Position numbers and translations under genes: made by a program
The notes under the pieces: model-generated
What the model saw: only the letters and a program-made list of their open reading frames with translations
What the model was told of the DNA's origin: nothing
The model's database searches: none
Source of the DNA: a virus
Virus record (IMG/VR): IMGVR_UViG_3300045988_007834
Length of the DNA stretch: 40,630 nt
Direction: 5' to 3' (one strand)
Shown here: positions 21,816-30,355 of the stretch, piece by piece
How positions within the stretch are numbered: the first letter of the stretch is position 1
Layout of the letters: each line of letters starts with the position of its first letter

Positions 21816-22048
21816 CGCAGTGTGAAAAGGTGCTCCGGCATCTCCGGACGTTTGGTTCGATCACGCCAATGGAGGCGATGCAGGAATACGGCATCATGCG
21901 GCTTGGGGCCCGGTGCTGGGATCTGAGGAACAGCGGTATCCCGGTCGTGAGTGAGATCGTGGCCGGAAAGAACCGGTTCGGCGAGACGACGCACTATGCG
22001 AAATACAGATTGGAGGACGGCGACGGCAATGTTTCCGAGAGAACTTGA
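21812..22048 (+). CDS. Winged-helix DNA-binding protein (phage wHTH family)
   Basis: GTG 21812 follows GGAGGG. CEKVLRHLRTFGSITPMEAMQEYGIMRLGARCWDLRNSG...YAKYRL is a recurrent phage wHTH pattern. Confidence 0.55.
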   Translation: MTQCEKVLRHLRTFGSITPMEAMQEYGIMRLGARCWDLRNSGIPVVSEIVAGKNRFGETTHYAKYRLEDGDGNVSERT

Positions 22049-22265
22049 GTTTGACCGGCAGCAGCAAAGCCCGGTCGGCTATGACATCTTCGGCGATGAG
22101 GTCTACAAGGGCGACACCGTGTACTGCGGCGACGAGGGCATGCTCTGCGACCCAGGCGCGGACAACTTCGACTCGAGCAATCTGATCATGTCCCTTTTGG
22201 TGCAGCAGCTGGGGACGCGGTACATTTTGGAGCAGTTGGGATATGAGAAGCGCGTGATCGATTAA
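22029..22265 (+). CDS. Hypothetical protein (78 aa)
   Basis: ATG follows GGAGGACGGCGACGGCA. Short overlap with the upstream gene. Confidence 0.4.
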   Translation: MFPRELEFDRQQQSPVGYDIFGDEVYKGDTVYCGDEGMLCDPGADNFDSSNLIMSLLVQQLGTRYILEQLGYEKRVID

Positions 22266-22275
22266 GGAGGACAAT

Positions 22276-22920
22276 ATGTTGAAATCATTTAACGAGCTGG
22301 TGCAGCTCGACGTGATGCCGTACTGCGACAAGCGGAAGGCAAAGGACGAAAACGGCAAACAGATCGAAGTGCCCTATCTCTCTTGGGGCAACTGCAAGAT
22401 GCTGCTGCATGAGAACGGTGCGGAGAGCGTCTACTTCACGCCGCGCACCAATGCGGCCGGGAGCTATGTGTTCTGCCACTACGCAACGGCGGACAAAAAC
22501 AAGCGGAGCACCGGGTGCTATTTCGTGTCCGTCGATATTCATATTGATGATAAGACGTACACGATGGACTATCCGCTGCTCAACGGTGCGCTGGTGGTCT
22601 ATGCGGACACGCTGAACCAGCTCCGCATTTCCAACGCCCACGCCCGAGCCTTTGTCAAGGGGGTGGCGATTTACACCGGTCTTGGGTTTAAGCTCTGGAC
22701 GGCGGAGAAGGACACGGACGGCGGCGTGGATGACCTGAGCACCCACAACATCTTCGCCATCAAGCAGCGCGTGGAGCAGCTTTTGACGCAGAAGATGCAG
22801 GACGGGTACACCGTGGAGGGCATTTGTAAGGGACTTGGACTGAATAAGAAGCAGTTTGATTCCATTCTCAAAATGTTCGATCAGGTCAACACCTTCGAAC
22901 AGATGCTCAAAAAGCTATGA
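22276..22920 (+). CDS. Rad52/Sak-type single-strand annealing protein (DUF1071-like)
   Basis: YLSWGNCKMLLHENG... and FVKGVAIYTGLGFKLW resemble Rad52-like phage SSAPs. It is paired with a YqaJ exonuclease gene. Confidence 0.6.
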   Translation: MLKSFNELVQLDVMPYCDKRKAKDENGKQIEVPYLSWGNCKMLLHENGAESVYFTPRTNAAGSYVFCHYATADKNKRSTGCYFVSVDIHIDDKTYTMDYPLLNGALVVYADTLNQLRISNAHARAFVKGVAIYTGLGFKLWTAEKDTDGGVDDLSTHNIFAIKQRVEQLLTQKMQDGYTVEGICKGLGLNKKQFDSILKMFDQVNTFEQMLKKL

Positions 22921-23483
22921 TTCGCGACCATGACCGCAGCGGGTGGTTTGGCGCGTCAGACACGGCAACGATCATGGGGAGCTGGGGAACAAAGACCTTT
23001 CGCCGGTTCTGGCTGCAAAAGCTTGGCCTGAACCGCGACCACTTCACCAATCTGGAAATGGAGACGGGCACGGCATACGAACACCGCATCCTGCAATTCA
23101 TCGGCATTAAGCGGATGGACAGGCAGATTCGGAAGTACGGTCTCCGGCTCCGGGTGAACCTCGACGGCGAGGACGCGGAGGAAATTTCCGAGGTCAAGAC
23201 CCACAAAAGCGCCGCGTTCAAGGTCTCCCGCGCGTACTGGATGCAGGCACAGGTCGAAATGTACGCTACTGGAAAGCGGCTTCGCATCGTGGCATACCGC
23301 TTGGAGGCGGAGGATTACGAAAACTGGTTCCGGGAGATCGACCCGGACAGATTGAGCTATCATCCAATCCCCTATGACCAGGAATGGATCGAGCGCGAAT
23401 ATCTGCCGCGCCTGAAGTATCTGGCGTGGTGCCTACGGAAAGGAGTAATGCCGATTGACGGAGCTTACATTCGAGCAGGCTGA
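22917..23483 (+). CDS. YqaJ/lambda-Exo-like PD-(D/E)XK recombination exonuclease
   Basis: RSGWFGASDTATIMG at the N-terminus, and the NLDGE...EVKTHK catalytic pattern. Confidence 0.75.
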   Translation: MIRDHDRSGWFGASDTATIMGSWGTKTFRRFWLQKLGLNRDHFTNLEMETGTAYEHRILQFIGIKRMDRQIRKYGLRLRVNLDGEDAEEISEVKTHKSAAFKVSRAYWMQAQVEMYATGKRLRIVAYRLEAEDYENWFREIDPDRLSYHPIPYDQEWIEREYLPRLKYLAWCLRKGVMPIDGAYIRAG

Positions 23484-24018
23484 TTGGACGATGGACGCCG
23501 CCGGGACGTGGCTGCGGCTGAAGGTCGACACGCCGAAGAAGGCACTGGTGTTTCTGGAGAACATGAAGGTCGGCAAGAAATACGTTGCCATCCTGAAGCA
23601 GTTCTTCCAGAAGCGAAGCAATGATTCAAACTCCTATGCGTGGTGTTTGATGAATAAGCTGGCGGACAAGCTCAACATGGGCGTCCGTGACCTGTACCGG
23701 CATTACATCCCGGACATTCCGAACAACAGTGAAACAGTCTGTGTGCCGAACGGATCAGTGAAGAAGCTGCGCTCCGGATGGGAGCACAATGGCCTCGGGT
23801 GGTGCAGCGACGTCACGGCCTCGAAGCTGCCCGGATGTACCAGTGTCGTCCTCTACTACGGAAGTTCGACCTTTGACCAGCACCAGATGGGGATCATGCT
23901 TGACCTCATCATTGCGGACTGTAAACAGGTTGGGATTGAAACACTGACACCAGCCGAGCTGGCGCGGATGAATCTGGAATGGGGTGAGAGAGCTGCACAG
24001 GCAGACGAGGGCGACTAG
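23455..24018 (+). CDS. HNHc_6-like N-terminal nuclease-associated domain protein (putative)
   Basis: KRSNDSNSYAWCLMNKLADKL resembles the N-terminal module usually fused to a phage HNH. Start is TTG after GGAAAGGAG. Confidence 0.4.
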   Translation: MTELTFEQADWTMDAAGTWLRLKVDTPKKALVFLENMKVGKKYVAILKQFFQKRSNDSNSYAWCLMNKLADKLNMGVRDLYRHYIPDIPNNSETVCVPNGSVKKLRSGWEHNGLGWCSDVTASKLPGCTSVVLYYGSSTFDQHQMGIMLDLIIADCKQVGIETLTPAELARMNLEWGERAAQADEGD

Positions 24019-24292
24019 CATCTCGGCAGCGGTCAAACAGGCCGTCATGGAGCGCGACGGCGGGCGCTGCGTCCTCTGCGGGAGACCGGGCAATCCGTGG
24101 TGCCATTACATTTCTCGGGCACAGGGCGGTCTTGGACGGCCTGAGAACGTTGTAACGCTCTGCGACCATTGTCACCGACGGTTTGACCAGTCAGCCGACC
24201 GTGCGGCGCTCAAAGAAGTGCTGGCGAATTATCTGAGAAGCAAGTATCCCGAGTGGGATGAAACAAAATTGATTTACAGGAAAGGAACTTGA
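23984..24292 (+). CDS. HNH endonuclease
   Basis: GGRCVLCG...HYISRAQGG...NVVTLCDHCH forms the HNH/zinc-finger pattern. GTG start, 35-nt out-of-frame overlap with the upstream ORF. Confidence 0.7.
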   Translation: MRELHRQTRATSISAAVKQAVMERDGGRCVLCGRPGNPWCHYISRAQGGLGRPENVVTLCDHCHRRFDQSADRAALKEVLANYLRSKYPEWDETKLIYRKGT

Positions 24293-24295
24293 AAC

Positions 24296-24448
24296 ATGGA
24301 AATCACGAACGAAAAATATCAGGAGCTTGTCGAGGCAAAGGCAACGCTCGATTTGCTCTGCAAGCTGTATGCCGGCCTTCAATCGTACCAGTTTGACGAT
24401 GTGTGCAAGATGATCCTCGTGAAGCAGGAGGCAAAGGATGCTGAATAA
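24296..24448 (+). CDS. Small hypothetical protein (50 aa)
   Basis: Counted as 51 codons. It fills the gap before ssb and overlaps its start. Confidence 0.35.
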   Translation: MEITNEKYQELVEAKATLDLLCKLYAGLQSYQFDDVCKMILVKQEAKDAE

Positions 24449-24845
24449 CATCGTGATCATGGGACGGCTCACGCGCGATCCGGAGCTGCGGAGAACACAG
24501 ACCGGTGTTGCGGTCGCCTCCTTCACGCTGGCCTGTGAGCGCGACTTCGCGCCACAAGGGGCAGACAAGGAAACGGATTTCATCGATGTCTGCGCTTGGC
24601 GATACACGGCGGAGTTCGTCGAGAAATACTTCTCAAAAGGCCAGATGGCCGTTGTGACTGGCAGACTTCAAATCCGCAACTGGGAGGACAAGGAGGGCAA
24701 CAAGCGCCGCTCGGCGGAGATCCTTGCCGATCACGTCTACTTTGGCGAGGCCAAGAGAGACAAGACGACGCAGGGTGAACCGCAATACGACCCGCAAGGC
24801 GGTTTCAGTGAGATCGAGGACATCGATACCACCTTGCCGTGGTGA
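24438..24845 (+). CDS. ssb: Single-stranded DNA-binding protein
   Basis: MLNNIVIMGRLTRDPELRRTQTGVAVASFTLA...VVTGRLQIRNWEDKEGNKRRSAEI is a canonical OB-fold SSB with an acidic C-tip. Confidence 0.9.
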   Translation: MLNNIVIMGRLTRDPELRRTQTGVAVASFTLACERDFAPQGADKETDFIDVCAWRYTAEFVEKYFSKGQMAVVTGRLQIRNWEDKEGNKRRSAEILADHVYFGEAKRDKTTQGEPQYDPQGGFSEIEDIDTTLPW

Positions 24846-24851
24846 TGAGGT

Positions 24852-25601
24852 ATGGCAAAGAACAAAGACCCTGCTGTCCTGTTCTACACGTCGGATTTCC
24901 TCTCCGGCTGTGCCCTGATGGATATGCGGGAGCGTGGGCAGTATATCACGCTCCTGTGTCTCCAAAGGGAACGGGGGCACATGACGATGCAGGAGATCAC
25001 ACGGGCGGTCAAAAAGCCGTCTGACGAGGTTATGAGCAAGTTCCGGCAGGACGAGGAAGGGAAATACTACAATCACCGTATGGAGCAGGAGATCGAAAAA
25101 CGGGACGCGCATTGTCAGCGTCAGCGAGAGAACATTGCCAAACGGTGGAATAAAGAAAATGTCCTTTCTGGTATACCGGATGGTAACACTGACGGTAATA
25201 CCACGGTATTACCTTTAGGAAATGGAAATGGAAATAGAAAAGAAAGTGTTTCTATTTCTGAGAAGGAACGTAAGGACGATAAGTTTGACGTATTCTGGAA
25301 AGCATACCCTCGAAAAGTTGGAAAAGGGGATGCGAGAAAGGCGTTTGCGAAGGTCAAAGTGCCTGTGGAAACGCTCCTGTCGGCCATAGAGCAGCAAACA
25401 CGCAGCGAGCAATGGACGACGGAGAACGGGCGCTTTGTCCCGAATCCGGCCACCTGGCTGAATCAGGGGCGCTGGGAAGACGAGCTTGCAGCGCCGGAGA
25501 GTAAATATCACGCAAAACCGGGCTATGGCGTTCAAAGGCACGGCGATAAGCTCACCGACTTTGAACGCGAGGCCATTGCCCGCATGATGGAGGAGGACTA
25601 A
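24852..25601 (+). CDS. DUF1376 (YdaU-like) replication-associated protein / replisome organizer candidate
   Basis: The N-terminus PAVLFYTSDFLSGCALMDMRERGQYITLLC matches the DUF1376 pattern. The C-terminal KVGKGDARKAFAK...WLNQGRWEDE is common in phage replication organizers. Confidence 0.65.
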   Translation: MAKNKDPAVLFYTSDFLSGCALMDMRERGQYITLLCLQRERGHMTMQEITRAVKKPSDEVMSKFRQDEEGKYYNHRMEQEIEKRDAHCQRQRENIAKRWNKENVLSGIPDGNTDGNTTVLPLGNGNGNRKESVSISEKERKDDKFDVFWKAYPRKVGKGDARKAFAKVKVPVETLLSAIEQQTRSEQWTTENGRFVPNPATWLNQGRWEDELAAPESKYHAKPGYGVQRHGDKLTDFEREAIARMMEED

Positions 25602-25606
25602 GAAAC

Positions 25607-26176
25607 ATGAAAGCTAGAATTCTCGGAAATGATTTCAACCGCATCATGGATGCTACGAAGCAGTTTTGCGACACCAGCACGCGGCACAAAGAGCAAGAGT
25701 ACATCCGTCTGGACTTCGATGCTGAGACCCAGCGCGTGACGGCTCACGCTTGCGACGGCTATCGCCTGAGTGTGGAACACTCCGTGATTGGTTCCTGTGA
25801 TGAAAACTTCACGGTATACATTCGCGGTGGGTTCCGCTTGCCGAAGAAGCAGTACGCGACGATTGAGAAGATCGAAAATGAAGTGCAGATCCGCTGTGCG
25901 GGTGTGCTGTTCGGGTTTAAGCAGCCTGACAACCCAAATCCGTTTGACTACGAAAATGTGTTCCCGAAGGAAAAGCCGCAATTCAAAATCGCGTTCAATG
26001 GAAATTATCTGCTGACAGCGCTTCAGGCGGCAAAGATAAGTGCTGGCAACACATTCCGAAATCCGATCATTTTGGAATTTTGGGGGCCTTTGAATCCTGT
26101 CGTGATTCACACAAACGAAGATGATGCAAAGTTAGTGCTTCCGATGCGGACGAAAGAGACGACGGAATGGAAATGA
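25607..26176 (+). CDS. Truncated DNA polymerase III beta (sliding clamp)-like protein
   Basis: ACDGYRLSV, FNGNYLLTALQAA and LVLPMR resemble clamp domain motifs. At 189 aa it is about half the length of DnaN. Confidence 0.45.
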   Translation: MKARILGNDFNRIMDATKQFCDTSTRHKEQEYIRLDFDAETQRVTAHACDGYRLSVEHSVIGSCDENFTVYIRGGFRLPKKQYATIEKIENEVQIRCAGVLFGFKQPDNPNPFDYENVFPKEKPQFKIAFNGNYLLTALQAAKISAGNTFRNPIILEFWGPLNPVVIHTNEDDAKLVLPMRTKETTEWK

Positions 26177-26237
26177 CGAACTGCGGCTACTTGGCCGCGC
26201 GGAACGCTGCGCAGATGCAGCGGGAAAGGAACGGAAA

Positions 26238-26573
26238 ATGCTTCTCAAAAAAATGGCACAGGCAATCGCCTGCAAGCACTGTGAAAACCCCTCGAAGCTC
26301 TATGAGCTTCAAATCCATGCCGACGAACAGGCCCGCGAAATCCTCCGGCTGAACCATGTGCTGGATGATGTCAAGAAGGAGCGCGACGCGGCACGTCAAG
26401 CGGCAGACGAAAAGCAGCTGATGTTGGAGGATGCGGCTGAGTCTCTTGCGGTGATCTTAGAAAAAAATTGTGACAACTGCGGCAAGAAATGCCGGGTGAA
26501 GCCGAAGCCGGAAGAACTGGCTCGTTATAACTGCCACCTGTGGGTGCAGAAGGAGCCGGAACATGACGATTGA
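26238..26573 (+). CDS. Hypothetical protein (coiled coil plus Cys pairs)
   Basis: 111-aa ORF with CKHC and CDNCGKKC motifs. Confidence 0.45.
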   Translation: MLLKKMAQAIACKHCENPSKLYELQIHADEQAREILRLNHVLDDVKKERDAARQAADEKQLMLEDAAESLAVILEKNCDNCGKKCRVKPKPEELARYNCHLWVQKEPEHDD

Positions 26574-26931
26574 GTTCAATGTGCCATATCCCGTCCGCAA
26601 GAGCGCGTGGACGAAGCGCTACGGCCTGAACGCCTACTGGTCGGGGAAGAACCACCACGTCCGGGCGGCGGACGCCAGAGACCCTGAGGCGCTTGTGCGG
26701 CTGTGCCTGAGACAGCGGGGCGTTCCGGTTCGGCTGTTTGAAAAGCCGGTGTCCATCTCATTCTGGCACAACACGCGGATGGATATCGACAACCACGCGG
26801 CGATTGAGAAAATGGTCGTGGATGCGCTCAAAGGCTGGCTGCTGCGGGACGATGACAGGCGGCATTACAGAGAGAAACATAGCTTTTTCCACGATGAAAA
26901 TTACATGAGGGTGGTGATCTCGGATGAGTAA
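26563..26931 (+). CDS. rusA: RusA-family Holliday junction resolvase
   Basis: MDIDNHAAIEKMVVDALKGWLLRDDD matches the RusA D.DN..K...D.L......DD motif. Confidence 0.7.
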   Translation: MTIEFNVPYPVRKSAWTKRYGLNAYWSGKNHHVRAADARDPEALVRLCLRQRGVPVRLFEKPVSISFWHNTRMDIDNHAAIEKMVVDALKGWLLRDDDRRHYREKHSFFHDENYMRVVISDE

Positions 26932-27475
26932 AGCAGTTTTAATCAGCATCCGTCCGAAATGGAGCGAGAAGATCGTGTTAGGCGAAAAGACCATCGAGGT
27001 TCGCAAGACGCGCCCGAAACTGGAAACGCCGTTCAAGGTGTATATCTACTGCACCAGCGGTAGACCTGACCTGAACATTCCTATTTCGTCGGAACGCCTG
27101 ATGCAGGACTACTTAGATACAGGTTCCATGCAGTCACTGAACTGCCCGCTTGGGAATGGCAAGGTCATTGGAGAGTTTACATGTGACCGCATCGACGAGT
27201 ATGACGATGATACGATTTTCTCGTTCCGATATGAGGACTACGCGCGTTGGAACGATTTTGACCTTTACCGTGCGTGTATGCACCCGGAAGATTTCCAGAA
27301 TTATGCCAACGGCAAGTGGCTGTACGGCTGGCACATTTCCAACCTGAAGATCTACGATGAGCCGAAGGAGCTGGGAGAGTTCACAGGGCTGCGAAAGACG
27401 AAGTTCGGCATGGAGCCTGTGGCGATCACGCGGCCATTTCAAAGCTGGGGATATGTGGAGGAATTGCGAGAATGA
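26924..27475 (+). CDS. ASCH (PUA-like) domain protein
   Basis: The N-terminal AVLISIRPKWSEKIVLGEKTIEVRKT is the typical ASCH start. Confidence 0.6.
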   Translation: MSKAVLISIRPKWSEKIVLGEKTIEVRKTRPKLETPFKVYIYCTSGRPDLNIPISSERLMQDYLDTGSMQSLNCPLGNGKVIGEFTCDRIDEYDDDTIFSFRYEDYARWNDFDLYRACMHPEDFQNYANGKWLYGWHISNLKIYDEPKELGEFTGLRKTKFGMEPVAITRPFQSWGYVEELRE

Positions 27476-28146
27476 ACGTCGTCTACAACGTGGATTGCTT
27501 TGAATATATGCGCAGTCTGCCAGACAAGGCATTTGATCTGGCTGTGGTCGATCCTCCGTATTTTTCCGGCCCCGAACGGCGCGGCTACTACGGGAACAAA
27601 GTAAGCTCCATCGGCGTTCATCGTGATTATCCAATCTCCCCAAAGTGGGATGTGCCGCAGGCCCCATATTTCAAAGAGCTGGACAGAGTGGCGAAGAAGT
27701 ACATCGTATGGGGCTGCAACTACTTCTACTATCACTTCCCCGCCGGGCGGATCGTGTGGGACAAATGCAATGCTTCCAGTTCATTCAGCGATTGTGAGAT
27801 TGCCGCCACAAACTGCCATGACAGCGTTCGTCTATTTCGCTTTATGTGGAATGGGATGTGTCAGGGAAAAAGTATCGTAGAAGGTGCGGTCATGCAGGGA
27901 GACAAACGCAAGAACGAAAAGCGTATCCATCCCACGCAAAAGCCAGTCGCGCTTTACGAATGGATCTTCAGCCGCTACGCAAAACCGGGAGACAAAATCC
28001 TCGACACCCATCTTGGCAGCGGAAGCAGCCGGATCGCGGCGTATGACGCCGGTTTGGATTTTGTGGGATGCGAGATTGACAGTCATTATTTCGAGGCACA
28101 GGAAGAACGCTTCGCAGCGTATACGGCACAGGTGGCGCTATGGTGA
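27472..28146 (+). CDS. N6-adenine/N4-cytosine DNA methyltransferase (DPPY, beta-class order)
   Basis: VVDPPYF comes early. IHPTQKPVALYEWIF and LDTHLGSGSS come later. Confidence 0.85.
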   Translation: MNVVYNVDCFEYMRSLPDKAFDLAVVDPPYFSGPERRGYYGNKVSSIGVHRDYPISPKWDVPQAPYFKELDRVAKKYIVWGCNYFYYHFPAGRIVWDKCNASSSFSDCEIAATNCHDSVRLFRFMWNGMCQGKSIVEGAVMQGDKRKNEKRIHPTQKPVALYEWIFSRYAKPGDKILDTHLGSGSSRIAAYDAGLDFVGCEIDSHYFEAQEERFAAYTAQVALW

Positions 28147-28346
28147 AGCCGCCGTGTGAGAGGAGCTGTCCGCGGCGGACAGTGGGATGCCACACCAAGT
28201 GTGCGCCTTATCTGGAATATGAGGAAGCGAAACAGGCGGAATATCGGGCGAGAGAAGTCGAACGGAGCCGCGACGCCTACACTGCGGATGCAAAGAAGCG
28301 GTGTAAGAGCGTGGAGAGATTACGGAAAGTGGGATTACTGAAATGA
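28140..28346 (+). CDS. Small Cys-rich hypothetical protein
   Basis: 68 aa. CERSCPRRTVGCHTKCAP, then a charged helix. Confidence 0.45.
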   Translation: MVKPPCERSCPRRTVGCHTKCAPYLEYEEAKQAEYRAREVERSRDAYTADAKKRCKSVERLRKVGLLK

Positions 28347-29098
28347 CGCATCTGAGTTTATTTTCGGGAATCGGCGGACTTGATCTTGCTGCGGAATGGG
28401 CAGGATTTGCAACCGTTGGGCAATGCGAATTTGCAGATTACCCAACAAAAGTGCTGGAAAAGCACTGGCCGGATGTGCCACGCTGGCGTGACATCCGGAC
28501 TTTGACGAAGGAGAGTTTTTATGAGCGGACAGGCCTACGAACAGTTGACGTTATTTCCGGCGGATTCCCATGCCAGCCCTTCTCCGTGGCTGGAAAGCAA
28601 AAGGGCAAAGGGGATGATCGATACCTCTGGCCGGAGATGCTCCGAGTTATCACCGAGCTGCGCCCACGTTGCGTTGTCGGTGAAAACGTTTCTGGACTTG
28701 TTCGAATTGCGCTTGCGGGAATCCTTTCCGAACTGCAAGGCGTCGGCTACGAAGCAAGGGCTTACAGTTCTGCGGCTTGGGATGTCGGCGGACTGCACAA
28801 GGGAGAGAGAATCTTTATCGTGGCCGCGGCCAACGACGGGCGCGCCGCTGTGCGGCGGAACACACAACTTCCGGCAGATGGTGGCACTGAGAGACGCGGG
28901 GGTCGTCACGGAGGAGGAGCGGAAAAACCTGACCTGTGGAAGCGGTGGGAAGTCGAACCCCGCCCTTATGGAGTGGCTCATGGGATTCCCAATCGGGTGG
29001 ACAAGCTTAAATGCCTCGGAAACGCGGTAGTGCCGCAGCAGGCATATCCGATTTTCAAGGCATTGGCGGAAGAATTGCAGAGGGAGGATTTGTTATGA
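28343..29098 (+). CDS. DNA (cytosine-5) methyltransferase (small phage type)
   Basis: LFSGIGG (motif I), GGFPCQPFS (IV), ENV (VI), GERIFIV (VIII) and LGNAVVPQ (X). Confidence 0.85.
   Translation: MTHLSLFSGIGGLDLAAEWAGFATVGQCEFADYPTKVLEKHWPDVPRWRDIRTLTKESFYERTGLRTVDVISGGFPCQPFSVAGKQKGKGDDRYLWPEMLRVITELRPRCVVGENVSGLVRIALAGILSELQGVGYEARAYSSAAWDVGGLHKGERIFIVAAANDGRAAVRRNTQLPADGGTERRGGRHGGGAEKPDLWKRWEVEPRPYGVAHGIPNRVDKLKCLGNAVVPQQAYPIFKALAEELQREDLL
28521..29030 (+). CDS. Embedded out-of-frame ORF (169 aa) inside the C5-MTase gene, with its own RBS and family-like motifs
   Basis: AAGGAG (28508..28513) lies 7 nt before ATG 28521. Motifs are QLTLFPADSHASPSP, TSGRRCSEL, WPRPTTGAP and NPALMEWLMGFPIGWT. 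Confidence 0.4.
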   Translation: MSGQAYEQLTLFPADSHASPSPWLESKRAKGMIDTSGRRCSELSPSCAHVALSVKTFLDLFELRLRESFPNCKASATKQGLTVLRLGMSADCTRERESLSWPRPTTGAPLCGGTHNFRQMVALRDAGVVTEEERKNLTCGSGGKSNPALMEWLMGFPIGWTSLNASETR

Positions 29099-29409
29099 AT
29101 TTGAAACCGAAGGATGAATCGACCTGCATCGGTGTGCTATTCAAGCATTGCATTGACCAGATCGAGCGCGACCAGAAGGAGCTGGCCGCGCTGCGGGAGA
29201 AATTACCGAAGTGGATCAGTGTGAAGGAAAGACTGCCAATAGACCATCTCAAAAAATATCTCGTTGCTTTTCGGGATGCGGGCGGCTCGATTGTAGATAT
29301 GGCCAGATACATCCCGAGCGACGGATGGACGTGCGATAATTGGGACGTACCGCAGAAATTGATTACCCACTGGATGCCGCTGCCGGAAGCGCCGAAGGAG
29401 GTGGAGTGA
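29095..29409 (+). CDS. DUF551-like protein
   Basis: The C-terminal ITHWMPLPEAP is the DUF551 signature. ATGA overlap with the upstream stop. Confidence 0.55.
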   Translation: MNLKPKDESTCIGVLFKHCIDQIERDQKELAALREKLPKWISVKERLPIDHLKKYLVAFRDAGGSIVDMARYIPSDGWTCDNWDVPQKLITHWMPLPEAPKEVE

Positions 29410-29552
29410 TGGAAAATCTGTTGCAAAACTTCGCCAGCGGGCTGTGGATCGTATTGGGCGTGTACTGGTTCTTCGGGCTAAGGAAGTGGAACAAGCGGTT
29501 CAGCGAACTGTATGACGAGTTGAAGGAGGAGGTGGAGCGATGGAACGACTGA
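29409..29552 (+). CDS. Small membrane protein (47 aa)
   Basis: TGATG overlap with the upstream gene. TM segment LWIVLGVYWFFGL. Confidence 0.4.
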   Translation: MENLLQNFASGLWIVLGVYWFFGLRKWNKRFSELYDELKEEVERWND

Positions 29553-29992
29553 CTTATTTCAAAGACGGATACTGGCGGGTAAATTTCAGCGGAGTGCAGT
29601 ACCAGGCAGATTTTGTTGACCGTCTCGCAGCCTATGAGGACAGCAGACTATCCCCGGAGGATGCGGCAAATCTGCACGCAATTTTGAGACTGGGCGACGG
29701 CATGACGCTGATGCGCCTGCGGGAGCTGGCCGTGGCCGATCAGGAGGGGCGAGTGATTGTCCTGCCGTGCAAGGTGGGTCAGCGGGTGTTTGCCCTGCTG
29801 GACACGGATAAGCATATAAGCGAGTGCGAGATAAAGCAGATCGGCCTCGGTAATGAGATCGGATTTGTTGGCCTTGAGCCAATAGGCGCCAGAGGGCGGA
29901 AGTATGGCGTAGCGCTAAATGGATTTGGCAAAACCGTCTTTTGGACGAGAGAAGAAGCTGAAAAGGCGCTGGCGGAAATGGAGGGAAAATGA
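29540..29992 (+). CDS. Hypothetical phage protein
   Basis: 150-aa ORF. Contains DRLAAYEDSRLSPEDA and ends GKTVFWTREEAEKALAE. Confidence 0.5.
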   Translation: MERLTYFKDGYWRVNFSGVQYQADFVDRLAAYEDSRLSPEDAANLHAILRLGDGMTLMRLRELAVADQEGRVIVLPCKVGQRVFALLDTDKHISECEIKQIGLGNEIGFVGLEPIGARGRKYGVALNGFGKTVFWTREEAEKALAEMEGK

Positions 29993-30174
29993 TGGTAAAA
30001 AGAATCTGCGACCGATGCGGAGCCGAAATAAACCCCACGAGTTCGGCAACGTATGTAAACGTAAGGGGCGCCTATCGCGATCCAACGGGAGAAATCGAGC
30101 TTTGCTGCTCATGCGGGAAGCGTATTCGCGAATGGCTAAAACCGACGGAGGAGGGCAAGAAGGATGGCGTATAA
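29989..30174 (+). CDS. Small zinc-ribbon protein
   Basis: CDRCG ... CCSCG pairs. ATGA overlap with the upstream gene. Confidence 0.45.
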   Translation: MMVKRICDRCGAEINPTSSATYVNVRGAYRDPTGEIELCCSCGKRIREWLKPTEEGKKDGV

Positions 30175-30355
30175 CATCGACTGCGTGTGTGACCGTTGCG
30201 GAGACTACCACCTGTGTTGGCTGAACATGACCGTATCCTACACGAGCGCCGTATCCATCGCCAGAAGCAGCGGCTGGAAAGTGACCAAGAATGGGTGGAT
30301 TTGCCCGGACTGCGTCCGGAGAATACAGGAGGAAAAGAAATGCAGAAAATCGTAA
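30164..30355 (+). CDS. Small zinc-binding protein
   Basis: CDRCG ... CPDC pairs. 63 aa. Confidence 0.45.
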   Translation: MAYNIDCVCDRCGDYHLCWLNMTVSYTSAVSIARSSGWKVTKNGWICPDCVRRIQEEKKCRKS

